From: Octopus vulgaris
Taxonomy: Eukaryota
Assembly: GCA_951406725.2 (NCBI GenBank)
Contig: OX597830.1
Coordinates: 79,546,001-79,610,000, forward strand
Direction of reading: 5' to 3'
DNA: 64,000 nt
Shown: positions 12,969 to 27,310 of the stretch, in pieces
How the letters are laid out: every line of letters begins with the position of its first letter
Numbering within the stretch: the first letter of the stretch is position 1
The notes under the pieces: model-generated
What the model was told of the DNA's origin: nothing
Database searches by the model: none
The model's input: the letters and a program-made list of their open reading frames with translations, nothing else
Position numbers and translations under genes: made by a program

Positions 12969-13390
12969 AATCAAAATAGTTAATAGCATTAACATGACTC
13001 ATATGATACCTTGTAATTCCTACACTCTACTTTTATTATTGTTCATATTATTTCCCAAAACAGTGAGCTTGCCAGTCGTTAGTGTAACGGGGAAAATGCT
13101 TAGCAGTATTTCTTCTAGCATTATATTCTGATGTTCAGTGTTCATCATGAAATGACAAGGTTATGACAGGAATATATGAAGAATATCTATGTTGTTATTA
13201 AATAGAAATAAATATGGAATCACCATATTATATCACCCTACTGACTTAAAATGGAAGCACAAATCAGATAAAGTAGTCCAAGATGAAATTGTAGATGTCT
13301 TGGAAAAAAAGATAGGGTGGTCACAATTAAAAGACCGTGACCATTGGTCTGCACAATTACGCCTAACATGTTGCCAAATGATAGTAGTTA

Positions 13391-13392
13391 CT

Positions 13393-13438
<46 letters not shown>

Positions 13439-13462
13439 GAGGAGGAGGAGGAGGAGGAGGAG
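13391..13462. repeat. (GTA)n-(GGA)n compound microsatellite
   Basis: Read directly from the sequence. Confidence 0.95.
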
Positions 13463-13719
13463 TAATATTTGGATTTGAAGTTTAATGCTTAAATTTTATG
13501 TAATTATGTGTAATAACTTAGTGTGACAAACTTATTCCAGATATTTCAGTCCTCAATATTTATCATAGAAAGGGCAAAAACAGTACAAAATGTCTTTCAA
13601 TTCTCTACTTCTGTCAGACCCCACAATCCTTAAATTTTATTCTTTAAGGTTGATCCAAAACTTAATAACGTTAATGGAAGAATTTGATCATTATATTCAT
13701 CGTTGTTAATCATGAATGT

Positions 13720-14400
13720 TTTTAAAAGACATAGCTATTTGCCTATCACCGAGCAATTTCTAAAGAGGCATTAAAGCTAGACAAAAGATGAGTGTTTATA
13801 GGGTCACTTTGGAAAGTGCCACATGAAATTCTTACATTCCTAGCATTGAAAGATTCTTTGTCACTATTCAAAGTCAGTGTTGTTTTCCATAATCTCATAC
13901 CATAAGACGTTTTGCAGAGTAGGTGCTATTTTATAACTTCCCAAATATTTCCAATCCAGCTTTGTGGTAGACTATCAAAGACTTATTTATCATACTATTG
14001 ATAAGTTCTTGTGTTGTTTGTGACAATCTTCCAAAATCATCTTATTGATGAGTTGCTGATCTTTACAACTATAGAACCCATGTTTACAATCTTTTGTTCA
14101 TTAAGGAAGATACCACTTCTATTAAAAAACTACAGGTATAGTCAGTTAAGACAGATGTTAGTATTTTATACATTGTTGTTAAGCAGGTTATGGGTCTATG
14201 ATTTTTTGGTTCATTTGCTTCTTCATTTTTCTGAAGTAGAAATGTAACACCATTAACGAGCCAAGAGGGAATCGTACTTTCAGAAAAACTTTGTTGTAAA
14301 GTTTCTTTAGCTTCTCATGACTCTCCGGGAAGGCAACATTTGATCTTTGCTGCCAATATGAAACTTTCAGTCACTGTTTTCAGTCCTGAGCTTCTCAGCT
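13720..14400 (-). mobile_element. R4/Dong-like non-LTR RT fragment
   Basis: HGFYSCKDQQLINKMILEDCHKQHKNLSI...DSLPQSWI, matching the R4-type GCKDQLLI..MILE..NLS motif. Degenerate. Confidence 0.7.
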
Positions 14401-14489
14401 ACTGATGGGTTGTTGCTTGGTCTACATCAGCATTTCGGCTTCAATGTATATACTGTCCATGCAGAGGCTTCTGGCTCCACTGCACTTCA

Positions 14490-14555
<66 letters not shown>

Positions 14556-15700
14556 CATTATTATTATTATTATTATTATTATCATTATTATTATTATTAT
14601 TATCTCTTTATTACAGGTTTTGTTGGAACACCTGGAGTCTTGCATGCGTATTGGGTTTACTACCTGCTCTTTACAGTTATCTAATACTGTCCTGATTATT
14701 CTGGCCGTGCCAAGGAGGAAATCCTTTTGTAACAGTTCTACTGGGAACTCTATTCCGATTTCCTTTATATTCCTCTTGATGCCTTCTCATACTGTTCCCA
14801 AGGATCTAACAATAATTGGCACTGTCTTCACCTTCTTCATTTTCCATAGCCTGGCTATTTGATACTTAAAATGATTGCATCTATCTTTTCATCTTCTTTC
14901 TTGATTGTTCGTGGGTCAACGGGGCAAGCAACATCATTTATATAACATATGTGGTGCACCTTGTCCTCCACCACTAGGTCCAGTCTGTTATGCTCTAGCA
15001 TTTGATACATTTGGATTGGGAAATCCAGAAGATTTTGCTAGTCTCCAATTCCGCCAATCTCTGTGGTTTGTACTCATGCTGCGTTTTGACTCTCTCTAGC
15101 CCTCACTTTTCACACAGTTTCTAGTGGAGCACTTTCACTACTTGATCGTGTGGTCACAACTTATAGAGATTTTGGTCAAGTCTATGGCACTCGTTCATGA
15201 TATGGGCAGTAATTTCATCCACTCTATTGCACCAGTTCTTTGTAAGTACATTTCCAGTCCAACTGCTTTTATTTTGTAGTTCTCTATCTGTGTCAAGACA
15301 CCATCTTCTGAGAGGGGTAGATATATTCTGTTTTTGTCTGCTGTGGGGTGGTGACTTCTGTATGCTGTTAATAGGGTCTTTTTATCTAAGGTTTTCAATT
15401 CACAGTTCTTCAAGTATGATCAGTATAGCTAGCATGTTTGTTTCTATCATATTAGTTTCAGCATTGACTTCAGTGTTTAAATATAAGTCTAACTATTCTT
15501 TAATATTCTCTACTAATTTACTCTTTCATTTTTGTGATGTATTCTATTTCCACTGTTCCTAGATGTGTGGGCGATTGAGATCTAATTTTCTGATTTCTAT
15601 GTCTATGTTGAGCGCAATATTTTCAGTATTGATTAATCTGGCTCTTCTCAATGTCTCTGTCTCTTTGAAACATTTGTCCAGCCACCCAATATCCATACTG
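14490..15700 (-). mobile_element. R4/Dong-like non-LTR 3' portion with (TAA)n tail
   Basis: HIMNECHRLDQNLYKL*PHDQVVKVLH (the HI..EC..YxxRHD zinc/REL region). Ends in a (TAA)n tract at 14492-14602. Confidence 0.7.
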
Positions 15701-15711
15701 AAACAATTTTA

Positions 15712-15997
15712 GAAGACACTTGCTCAAGGTGCCATGCAGTGGAACTGAACCTGGAAGCATGTGGTTGGGAAGCAAGCTTCTTACCACAGCCATGCCTGCG
15801 CCTATATATTCTTTTTTACTCTAGGCAAAAGGCCCGAAACTTTGGAGAGGGGGCTAGTGGATTAGATTGATCCCAGTATGCAACTGATACTTAATTTATC
15901 GACTCCCAAAAGGATGAACTCAGAATGTAAAGACAGACCAAATCCCACAAAGCATTTCACCCAGTATGCTAACGTTCCTGCCAGTTTGCTGCCTTCT
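15712..15997 (-). mobile_element. Two adjacent SINE fragments
   Basis: 15712-15804 matches the head of the 12563 family. 15808-15997 matches the 9297 family. Confidence 0.8.
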
Positions 15998-16582
15998 TGT
16001 GCCGATATATTAAATGGCAATTTCGTCAAGACAAGAACTATTTCCAACTAACTATTTCTATGGCTAAGGTTAGATTGAGTGCCTCAAATCTGGAAAATAT
16101 TCATCGTGATAACAATTGCAGAAGCATACTGTTTTTACTATTTGTATCTATTTTCAGTAATATAGAAAAGGGGAACCTGTGAGTTAAATGTCTTCACCAG
16201 AGACAAAGTACAATGCTAATAACAACATACAATTCACTGAGACACCAGAAGCTTCTCTAGAAAATCCATTGATACAGCCATCGATTCTCTTATTGATGAA
16301 GCTTAATTAAGCTTCAGGTACAGGATTAACCTCCCAAAACTTACAAGAAAATATACAAATAATAGTATAAGTCATCAATAATATCGTTATTCTTTCTCTG
16401 CATATTTCATCCTAATTTAGATTTTTTAGATTTTTTACTAAAAATAGCTCTCAACTTTTTTACAAGTGTAATAATTAGTCTAATTAGCAATAATTAATCT
16501 AAATTACAATTACGTCTAATAAAAGTCAAACTGATTGGAAAATATAAAAAAACTGAAAATTTAATTTTAAACTATTTCTTAC

Positions 16583-16767
16583 CCTTGAATACAGCTTTGA
16601 ACATTGTTAGATCAAATTCTTTCTCTGAATCTTTATCATAAACAGTCAGCAAGTTTGGTCGTTTTAGGGACATCAACACATAGTCAACCAAGTTATCTAT
16701 CCCTTTTCCTTTCAATTCCTTTTCAAATTCTTTAATAATTTGCTCTCTGATATCAGTTTTCAGATTC
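16583..16767 (-). CDS. TRPM: TRPM-like channel exon E
   Basis: ctaag|G...AAGG|gtaag, 185 nt, phase 2 to 1, open. Encodes RNLKTDIREQIIKEFEKELKGKGIDNLVDYVLMSLKRPNLLTVYDKDSEKEFDLTMFKAVFK (resembles TRPM LLTVF...DLAIL.ALLK). Confidence 0.88.
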
Positions 16768-18074
16768 CTTAGAATTGATGGAGAAAGAAGAGTTATTTCA
16801 GAAATTAATATGTAAATCTTTTAATAGTGATTAAAAGAAAGTTAGCTATAAAGAATAACATAAGGTCTATACTGATGTCACAAAGAAGATAAGTTAGGCT
16901 ACCTTGGAGCCCTAATCAGAATTATGTTAATCAGGCTACACTATTAGTGATAACAAATGATGGGACAAATCTTAATTTAAGGAGGAAAGGCACCACCCAT
17001 AATTTTTACAGAACAACTAAGATTAATGAGGAAAAGACATGGATAAAACAGAACTCATGGGTTGCTGCTAATCAATTTTTGGATCTTGTAAATAATTAAC
17101 CTGGTAGACATAGATTGGGGAGGCCTGACAAGAAATGGGGTTGTTTCTAGAGATGTTGCTCATAGTAACTCTGGCATATATGCTAGTAGACCTCCTTTTG
17201 AGAACCCCTTACATGTCAGCCTGTAGCAAACAGTGATGCTATGAATTGAAAAGACTGTAAATCAAGACATGGCCGGTTCTGAATGCTCACAACGTTGTGG
17301 ACTGTTAAAGGCAGTGAAGGACCAAATGCTCCTGTTGAACCACCACCAGGTACTTCAGTGTTAAAAGATGGAATGAATTAAGTTTACAGCCGGAGCCAGT
17401 GTGCCCAGAACTGGTTAAACCCATACTAGATTTATTCATAATTACCATTTCTATTAATGTGTTTTCATGTTGTTTCATGATACCTACTGCTTGATCTGAT
17501 CTTTTAAATTGGATGGAAAACGAAATAGACAAAACCAAACATCTCTAGGCATGTCCTGAATTGGACCCATTATCCTTCCCCAGCAAATATGGAGCCTTGT
17601 GTCAAAATAACAAATCAATATTATGATTATTATCAGTGTCATGTCATACAGCCAAAAGTTTGAGTCTTTAGTTAAAGAAATCTGATGAGTCATCAGTTTT
17701 CAGTCAAAGCTTTAAATATCTACAACGCTATTAATATCAGCTCTAAAATCAAACTATCAACTATAGTAATAGCAGAGTTGCAAGCCAAGGAGGGAGCAGA
17801 TTACCTTGCCACTCAAAACTGCTAAAAATATAAGTTAAATCCATTTCAAATCATACCCTTTCAGCAAAAAGGAAGACTGACACAGTGGAATAATAAAGTC
17901 TTCTAATAAATATGTAAATACAGGAAAATAAAGACTGGATTACATACGTTCATAGACCTGTTCTATCAGGGCTAATAGGGGATAAACAACAACATATTTA
18001 ATAACATCAACAGTAATGACAACAACAAAAGCAAAAAAAAATAAATTATTGTTTTATCGAAATGAAGAACAAAC

Positions 18075-18163
18075 CTGTCATTTATGTCTTCATCTTCTTC
18101 ATTTGAATTTTCGAGTTTTGTTTGGTAAGCATCTGCCAAAATATCTGCTGCTCGACCAGTATC
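18075..18163 (-). CDS. TRPM: TRPM-like channel exon D
   Basis: ttatcag|GAT...AG|gtttg, 89 nt, phase 0 to 2. Encodes DTGRAADILADAYQTKLENSNEEDEDIND (TRPM GSGRAADILA motif). Confidence 0.92.
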
Positions 18164-18311
18164 CTGATAATTAAAAGAAAAACTTTAATGAATTCATTAA
18201 AGTTAAATCTTCAGATATAAAGTAATCTAAGAATGAACAAATATTAAAAAAATCTTTTAAAATGCACACATACAATCAAATAAAGATGTTTTGTTGTTTG
18301 TAAAGGTACTA

Positions 18312-20940
18312 CATCATCGTCGTCGTCATCATCATTTAATGTCCACTTTCCATGCTGGCATGGGGTGGACAGTTTAACTGAGGGCTGATGAGTCAGAAGG
18401 CTGCATTAAGCTCCAATCTGATCTGGCAAAGTTTCTACAGCTGTATGCCCTTCCTAATGCCAGCCACCCCAAGAATGTAGTGGGTGCTTTAATGTGCCAC
18501 TGGCACGGGGGCCAGTCAGGTGGTACTGGCATCAACCACGCTCAAATGGCACTTTTTATGTGCTACCTGCACAGGAGCCAGTCAGGTGACTCTGCCAATG
18601 ACCACTCTGAAATCGTGCTTTTTACATGCCACCAGCACAGGAGCCAGTCAGGTGGCACTGGCAACGACCAAGCTTGAATGGTGCTTTTAACATTCCACTG
18701 GCACAGGTCCCAGTCAGGTGGTACTGTCATCAGCCATGACATCGATTTCACTTGCTTCAACAGGTCTTTGCAAGCAGAGATTATTGCCCAATGATTGAAG
18801 GGTACTCTTAAATGGGCTGGTTATGCAGCACTGGCATAGGCTACAGTTATAGTCTCATTTGGCTAGCCGGGTCTTCTCAAGCACAGCATATCTCCAAAGG
18901 TCTCAGTCACTTGTCATGCCTAGGAGAGGCCCAATGTTCAAAGGTCATGCTTCACCACCTCATCTCAGGTCTTCCTGGGTCTACCTCTTCCACAGGTTCC
19001 CTCAAATGTTAGGATGTGGCATTGCTCACACAGCTGTCCTCATCCATTCACAATACATGACCATACCAGTGCAGTCATCTCTCTTGCACACCACATCTGA
19101 TGCTTCTTATGTCCAACTTTTCTCTCAGGGCACTTACACTGTTGTGTATGAATACTGATATTACACATCCAGCAGAGCATACTAGCTTCATTCCTTGTAA
19201 GCTTACGGATGTCCTCAGTAGTCACAACCCATCTTTCACAGCCATGTAGCATGGCTGTTGACACACATGTGTCATACAGTCTACCTTTTACTCTGAGTGA
19301 GAGGCCCTTTGCCACCAGCAAAGGTAAGAGCTCTCTGAACTTTGCCCAGGCTATTCTTATTCTAGAAGTTACACTTTCACTTGGTCACCTAGGTAATGAA
19401 AGCTATCAACTACTTGTAGTTTTTTGCCCCTGGAATTTGATGGAAGATGTTCTCTGCACATTTTCAGTGTTTATTGCTCCTGAGCATTCGCCACACATAT
19501 AAACTATCTTCGCAGTTAGCTTTCCTTTGATATTGCTGTACCTCTTATGTATCCATAGCTGACACTGGGCACATCTTATCGAGTTTCTACCTATGCCTTC
19601 TCTACAGATCGAGCAGAGCCATCCACCTGAAGGGATTTGTGGTTTGTCTGCCTTACTACTTATTAAGACTTTGGTTTTTGCTAGGTTGACTCTAAGGCCC
19701 TTCGATTGTAGTCCTTGCATCCACACCTGAAACTTCTCCTCTAGTTCTGATAATGACTCAGCAATTAGAGCAAGGTCATCAGCATAGAGGAGCTCCCAGG
19801 GGCATCCTGTCTTGAATTCCTCTGTTGTTGCTTGGAGGACTATGATGAATAAGAGGGGGCTGTGGACTGATCCTTGGTGGACCCTTACCCAGAATTCTTC
19901 ACTGTACTCATTGCCAACCCTCATCTTACAGACAGCATCCCTGTACATGGCTTGTACAGCTCTCACTAACCATTCATCTGTACCTAGATTCCACATTGAC
20001 CACCAGATAAGGGATAGGGGAACCCTGTCAAAGGCTTTCTCCATGCCAATGAAAGCCAGGTACAGAGGTTTACCTTTGGTTAAGTATTTCTCCTGCTGCT
20101 GTCTTGCTAGAAATATAGCATCGGCGGTGTTTTTCCCTGGCACAAACCCAAACTGCACCTCATCTAAACTAACTCTCTCCCTAATTAGTTGGCCTATGTC
20201 CCTCTTTGTAACTTTAATTACCTGATCCAACAACTTGATACCTCTGTAATTATTTGTAGCTAATGCATCACCTTTACCTTTGTAACAGTTGGCTATGGTA
20301 CTGCTACACCAGTCATTGGGTATGACTCCTTCGTGTATCACCAGATTGTCTATATGGGTGACTAGACTATAGCCGACATTACCAGATATTTTAAGCATCT
20401 CTGCAGTGATTCCTGATGGGCCGGGGCTTTCCCTGTTTTCATACCCTTAATTACTTCATCTACCAAGGTACTGTCAATTCGGATAGCGGGTCCCTCTGAT
20501 GGGTTGACATTTGGCAGACTCTCTTTATCTCATTCATTCTCTTCATTTAGCAATCTTTCATAATGGCATCTCCAAGTCTCTCTTTTTGCAGCCTCATTAA
20601 ATGCAAGTGAACCATCATCTATGCGGATACATTTCTCTCCTATGACATCATGATTCTCTCTCACACACTGTCTTGCAGCACAAACCACCTCAAGTCTTTG
20701 GTCCTCACAACACAGGACATTGCCAAATTTTTTCTTATCTGCTACCCTTCCGGCTAAATAAACCTATCTCCTAGCTGACAGTCTGATACAATTCCCTGCT
20801 ACCACCAGTCCTTCCATGCCTGTTTCTTTTCTCTTATGGCCTTGTCAACTACGTTGTTCCACCACCATGTTACCTTGGGTTGAGAGGGAACTTTGCACCA
20901 TCCACAGATCTGGTCACAGATCTCACCAGGTTGTCCCAAG
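18312..20940 (-). mobile_element. RTE-clade LINE, 5'-truncated, with tandem-repeat 3' UTR and (ATG)n tail
   Basis: ORF 19406-20398 encodes RT (NYRGIKLL, QFGFVPG, KAFDRVP, VHQGS, YADDL). The 3' UTR has ~60-bp imperfect repeats (18480-18740). Tail at 18312-18335. Confidence 0.92.
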
Positions 20941-21182
20941 GAATTTTTGATGTGAACTTATCTTTAACACATCCAGGGAAGATATACAGTGGCATTATCA
21001 GAACTATATTGTGGAGATAATAGTTAAGTGGATAGAGTGTTGTTCTTGTATGAGACTGAACCAAATTGTTCTGCTACTAATTCCTTAGAGCTGAGTTGTG
21101 ACCATATAAAATAAAGATATTGACAAAGAAATACAATAATTGTCAATGGTGGGTTTGAACTCATAATCCATGAATGTTATAC

Positions 21183-21580
21183 ACTTTACCATCTCCTCTC
21201 TCACTCTGTTTACACACACGTGTTATCATTGCACACATACACACATACACACATGCAGACCTTCTCGCACGCACATATCCACACTTACACACACATACCT
21301 CCTCTTGCACTCTCCTGTCTTTGAAAGAACTTTTCTTCACCCATTTCCTTCCGGTCATTCAAAATGTGACCACGTGTGTACCGTTGGCGATTTTTTTCCT
21401 CTGTCTTCCCTTCTCTGGATCTTTCCTTCTCCTATGTTTTCGACGAAGAGCTCCACTCGAAACGTTAAACCCTCCTTCTTCCCTTCCTTCCTGAGCGTCC
21501 AATAATACTATATTTGTTCCACATCCTCGCGTTGTTGTGTTTTCTCTTTGTGTTTTCATGTTTGGGTTAACTATATATAC
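21183..21580 (+). mobile_element. Penelope-type pseudo-LTR-like repeat with degenerate hammerhead motif
   Basis: gttt-TCGACGAA-gag ctcca ctc-GAAACGTT-aaac at 21436-21470 (palindromic AACGTT stem III). Ends in TA/CA microsatellite. Confidence 0.55.
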
Positions 21581-21666
21581 ACACACACACACAAACACAT
21601 GCATAGATACATAGACATATAAATATACACACACCAATATATATGTATAAATATACGTATATACAA

Positions 21667-21709
<43 letters not shown>

Positions 21710-22874
21710 AAACTATTTATCTATCCATGATTTTTTTCTCTTTATTAATTTCAATAATGAGAGAAGATTCCCCAGTTAACATCAAACGTCAATCTAAATA
21801 AGCTGTTGTAAACTCCTCCTGTGTTGCTCTTACCTTCATTGCAATCTATAAAGTATCATGAGTTTGTGGTTGTTTTACTTGTTGGTATTGTTGTTGTATA
21901 GTTATAGTATGTATGTAGTTAGTGAAATGACTGGATGTGATCTGTAGATATACCATATTCTTCCTATCTGAGGACTGTAATGTGCAATCTGATGTGCAGA
22001 GCTTTGTAATATGGGTTGCAGTGTATCAGTTTGGATAGATTGCATATCTTCCATCATTTCATTTCTGGGACGTCTTGCAGTGTGACAATCACTGTGCTTC
22101 TGTACTTGTCTCTATCGATTTGTATCTCAGCACAGAGTTTGAGACTAAAGAGGCTAATAACGTGTTTGGGAGTTTTAGTTTCACTGAACATGTAACAGCA
22201 AGGATTGTGTGGTGTTTCATCTTGCTGTAACAAACTCTGCCTACATGCTTTGAAGTGGATATTTCATTTCAAACATTTTAGCTTTATAGTATATGTTGTT
22301 GTTGTTGTTTAGATCAACATCAGCCATGATCAAGCTGACTTGTGATTAGAGAGAATTAAAGCGATGTTCATTTTGCTTTAGCATATTGACATCTACAATG
22401 TCTCATGTGTGCGTACATTTTTAAGAAAGTGTGTCCGTGCATTTTCAAGAAAGTCAGGTGCTGGTCAGAGAGATTTAGCTGCTATTTCTAGCAGTCTCAT
22501 CTAATAACTAACTTGCTTATTCACATGGACTGTGGAAATGGTTTATACAAAATTCGAAAGAATATGAAGTGTACTATTTTGTGATCGTTGTAGATTGTTG
22601 AAATTGATTGTTCAGAGATTAGGGGTCTAGACAGGACTGGTATGATGCAGGATGGATCTTTGGTTTGGTCAAATATGGGGCCAGTCACTATTTATAACTT
22701 TTTCCAATTTAACTCTCGCCTTCTTTTAGGATATGTTGTGAATGTAGTGAAGGTATTTTTGGTAGTTTTTAGGAGGAAGGACAAGTTCTCTGTGTTATTA
22801 TAAAAAGAGAGTTCCCTGATTACCTCATGTCCTTCAACATATTGGAACCACAGTGTTTATGAGAACATTTTCCA

Positions 22875-25180
22875 TCATCATTTAACATCCATTTTCCATG
22901 TGTGCACAAGTTGGATGGTTTGACAGGAACTGGCCAGCTTAAAAGCTCCATGTCTGTTTTGGCATGGTTTCTATGACTGGATGCCATTCCTAATGCCAAT
23001 CACTTTACAGAGTGAACTGGGTGCTTTTATGCAGCACCAAAACAAGTACATTTACCTGGAATTAGTACCCATGAACCTGCAGGATTGTGAATACTCAGCT
23101 GAAGAGTAATGCAGGGAACAAGTACGACCTCAGTTTTACTTAGCTTGTCAAATTTTCTCAAGCACACCAAAGTACCTGGAGTACCAATCCTCTGTCATCC
23201 CCACTGTGACTATCAACATCCATAGCTCCTTTTTCATGACTTTGTCGCACATCTTCATGGGCCTAGCTCTTCCATACGTTCCCTCCACAATTAGAGATCA
23301 GCACCTCGCCATGCAACTCTTCACTCATACACATTAAATGACTGTACCAGCACAGACTTATCTCTTGCATACTACGTTCCATGCATCATACACCCAGCTT
23401 TTCTCTCAAATCACTTACAATCTGTTGCATATACATATTAACATTACCCATCCAACCTCTAATCTATCCCTGTCTTCTGCCTTGCCCACCAGGTGTGGGG
23501 AACCTTGTCAAAGATCTTCTTTATGTCAGCAAAAACCAGATATTTTTGGCAAAGTACTTCTGCAATTGCACACCAGGAGGAAAGCATTGGTGGTGCTTCT
23601 ACCTAGTGCAAATCCAAACTGCATCTCATCTACACTAACTCTCTTCCTTATTAATTGACCTACTACTCTTTCTGCAACTTTCATCACCTGGCCCAACAAT
23701 TTGGTGCATCTGTAATTATTTTTGTCTAAAGCATCACCTTTGCCTTTGTACCTGTTGACTATAACACTGCTACACCAACTATTGCATTTGGCTCCCTCTT
23801 GCTTGGTTTATCTATATAAGAGACAAGGACATATCCCACTCCACCAGATATGTGAAGCGTCTTAGCAGTCATTCCTAATGAGCCAGAGGATTTCCCTGTC
23901 TTTGTAACTTTAATTGCTTTACCTACCAAATTACTGTCAATTCAGATAGCCGTCCCCTCTGTTAGATCAGCATTAGGTGAGCTTCTCTTCTTCCATGCAT
24001 TCTCTACATTTAGCAAACTTTCATAAAAGTGTTTCCAAGTTTCCTTCCTTGCAGAATCACTAACTACATGTGAACCATCATCCATGTGAATACACTTCTC
24101 TCCTACCACATCATAATGATCTCTGATATAGCCTTGTGTTCCGAAATATCGCAAGCCTCTGATCTTCATGATACAGAACATTTGCATACTTTCCCCTCTC
24201 TGCTTGTCCCCAGTCTAAATATACCTTTGTTTTAGCCTTTTTCCATGCTACCTGATATGATTCTCTGGTACTGTAATTCTTTCAGTCATTCCAGGCTTGT
24301 TTCTTCACATTCATATCCTTATCTACAACATCATTCCAGCACCACATCATCCTAGGTCTGATTGGAACTTTACACCAGCCACAGATTTGAGTTGTGGTAC
24401 TCAGTAAGCTGTCCTGCAGTAACTCCTACTCACCCACGTTGTTACAAGTTTGTAATTTCTCCTCCCTCTCCTTAAATTTCTCAATTTGGGTGTCTCTAAA
24501 AGCTTCCAAATCCTTCTTTTCTAGATTGGTCTGCTTCCTGGAATCTCTCTAGCCTGAAGTATAAAATCACTAAAGACTAATCTATGCTGAGGTGGTCACA
24601 TTCTTCACCAGGTAAGGCCATTGCATTTACGACCAACCATATATCTTGCTTACAATTGAGAATGTAATAAATCTGGCTAGCATGATCACCTAGTTGATAA
24701 GTTATCAGGTGTTTGGCTGGCTTTCTGAAGTCGGTGTTGCAGATCATTAGGTTAGTTACATTGTAGAACTCCAGTAGCCTTGTTCCCTCCTTGTTTTGAG
24801 AACCAATTCCATGGCCCTCATGTATACCATGGAAGATACCTGGGTGTTGCCCAACATGTCCATTGAAAGCATCAGCCAACAAAGATGAGGTTATTGTCAT
24901 TTGTCTTTGAGGTAGCTAGCAGAAGAATATCATAAAACGGTCCTTTTGTTCATTGGTAGACCTGCCTGGGGAACATAGTTAGAGATATTGCTCTACTTCT
25001 CTGCAAAACTAGTCTAAGCTTAAATTCTCTATTGCAAATTGTGACTGCCTCAATCACCTTACCATCCCATTTGTCTGTTAGAAGTAATCCCATGCTACCT
25101 ACCTCATCCCTGTTACTTTTCCAGATGATTTTAAATCTGTTTCTTACCCATGAGGAATTTGTCTGAAGCACCCCTCCACA
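22875..25180 (-). mobile_element. RTE-clade LINE, degenerate and internally deleted
   Basis: Endonuclease remnants (DAFNGHVG, GTRLLEF, ICNTDFRK), RT-proximal sequence homologous to the 18312-20940 copy, and the same 3' tail. Confidence 0.85.
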
Positions 25181-26398
25181 ATCTTGCCAGACCTACATAA
25201 GGTGTGGAAAGGGACATGACATGGAACTTGGAAAGGAGGGATGACATTCAACATTTGAAAAGAAGGTTTCATTGAGCGTTTACCAGCAGACATGTATCAG
25301 TTCCACTCGCATTAATATATTATCATTCATTCATGTTCAAATGACTGTCTCTACTGGAAGTAAGTGTAGTACAAGCATTGTCATTATAAGCACCATTAAT
25401 ACAAACATAAATGGGTAAATAATGAAATTTAAGAAAACAGCTAATTGGTTAATTCATTACAAGTAGAAAGAAAAGAAAAAGGTAGTTTCTTAATTGACTA
25501 AAAAGTAACAAGGTCTCATTTCAGTACATGCATAAATGTGGATGAGACAACTGGTGGAGGCAGAGGCATGAGGTGTTTCTGTTACTAAGGAGAGATTTCT
25601 GTAATATGTTGTGGTGGAGGCAGGAATAGTTTGGCACATCGTGTACAAGGAAGGCCAGAAAGACTGCACTTTTCTGAGCCATAAGGAAACAAAGGAAGAA
25701 CAGAGAAATCAGAGAAGAAAGATTGTAAATAGTGGTAGGCCTACAATTATGTTAATTCGAGACCAGGAAGAGTTACAGGTAGTACACAGAAGATGAATTA
25801 GGTGGTGCAAAAAATGAAAGTGATGGGTCAAAGGCCAAGGAGCACATCTAATGAACAACAAAATTATGAGAAATGAAATCTAATTACAGGTGGGTTAGTG
25901 TTTTGTAAGGTAGAAATGCAAAGAGATGAATGATGTATAACTAAGGTGAAGAAGAAGCAACACTTTGCTGGTCATTTCATTACACATGGAAATTAACGAG
26001 TGGTGTAATTTCAAGGACCATTAATGTACGAGGGGGTTCATATAAAGTAGCAACCAGAAGGAAAACAGAAGAGGTTGACCACTGGCAATGGCAAATAAAT
26101 TACTATTTTTGGTTGAAAGACAGATTTTTAAAAGAATATTTGTTATAAAATACTCTGAATTAAGTACATATAAAGTCATTCATCCAATAGAGACAGTCAT
26201 AAGATTTAAGCAGTTGACCAGGAAACCAAAAACCGGAAAATCATTAAATAAAATATTTATGGAAAATTCTGCACCAACAAAATACTCATATAGTCCTTCC
26301 TTTTACTTTTCTTAACCACAAGCTTCTTCAGATATGTAAACATTATGAACTGAATAAACTCTCAGTAACCTTATTTACATAATAGTCTATTTACTGAC

Positions 26399-26508
26399 CT
26401 TTACTATTACAACTGGGATGTTGCGTGATATTGAATCATGCACTGACTTCAGAGTTCCAGGTCCACCTCCAACCATTACTGCAACAGCTGGAATCTTGAC
26501 TTCTGTCT
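26399..26508 (-). CDS. TRPM: TRPM-like channel exon C
   Basis: ttttag|AG...AAG|gtcag, 110 nt, phase 1 to 0. Encodes ETEVKIPAVAVMVGGGPGTLKSVHDSISRNIPVVIVK (TRPM IPxV..GGPGT..PVV motif). Confidence 0.93.
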
Positions 26509-26984
26509 CTAAAATTACAGCAGAAAATATAAATTGATTAAGAAAAAATATATATCTAATTAAATTATGAAATATGCCTGATTAAGGTAAAACATATCTA
26601 GTTAGTGTATAAAACATATACATGATTAAATTTTTAAATATACCTGGATAAAGTAGAAGGTATAACCAGATCTTGGTGTAATGCATACCTGGTTAAAGTA
26701 CAAAACATACCTGAATGAGGTAAAAATATATAAATGATTTAAGTAAAATGTATATCTTTTTAATTATATCTTAATAATAAAATATAACTGCTTCTAAAAT
26801 ACATCTCACATTAAGTATAACCGCATTTAGGTCTAAATTGTATAAAATATGACTTGACTAGAATATAAAGTTTAGTATATGTTCAGGTTTTAGAAAACAT
26901 AAATCAATGCCATGATGATGAAGATGATGATGATGATGATGATGATGATCATCATCATCATCATCATCGTCATCGTCTATACCA

Positions 26985-27310
26985 ACATTATTTAATGTCC
27001 TTCTTCCATTGTGGTACGGGTTGGATGGTTTGATAAGAACTAGTAAGCCAGAAGACCATACCAGACTCTACCATTTGCTTTGGCATGGTTTCTACAGCCA
27101 GATGTTCTTCTTAACACCAACCACTTTACAGAGTTTACTGGGTGCTTTTTATGTGGCACCAGCACTAGAGAGGTGACCAAGTAACTTGCAAAACAAGAAA
27201 CTGCAACTGAGTGGGGGGAGTAGTAGTGAGGGAGGTAACTTTGTGCCAGCTGATGAGAAGTTAGAGTATGAATAAGGGGACAGAAACAGATATGTTGCAG
27301 TAGAAGAGAT
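26985..27310 (-). mobile_element. RTE 3' tail fragment
   Basis: TTTGGCATGGTTTCTACAGC...AACCACTTTACAGAG shared with the tails at 18335 and 22880. Adjacent to a (GAT)n(CAT)n tract. Confidence 0.7.

Noticed and set aside
14405-14862. Poly-Ile/poly-Leu ORFs
   Set aside because: These translate the (TTA)n tail of an R4-like element.
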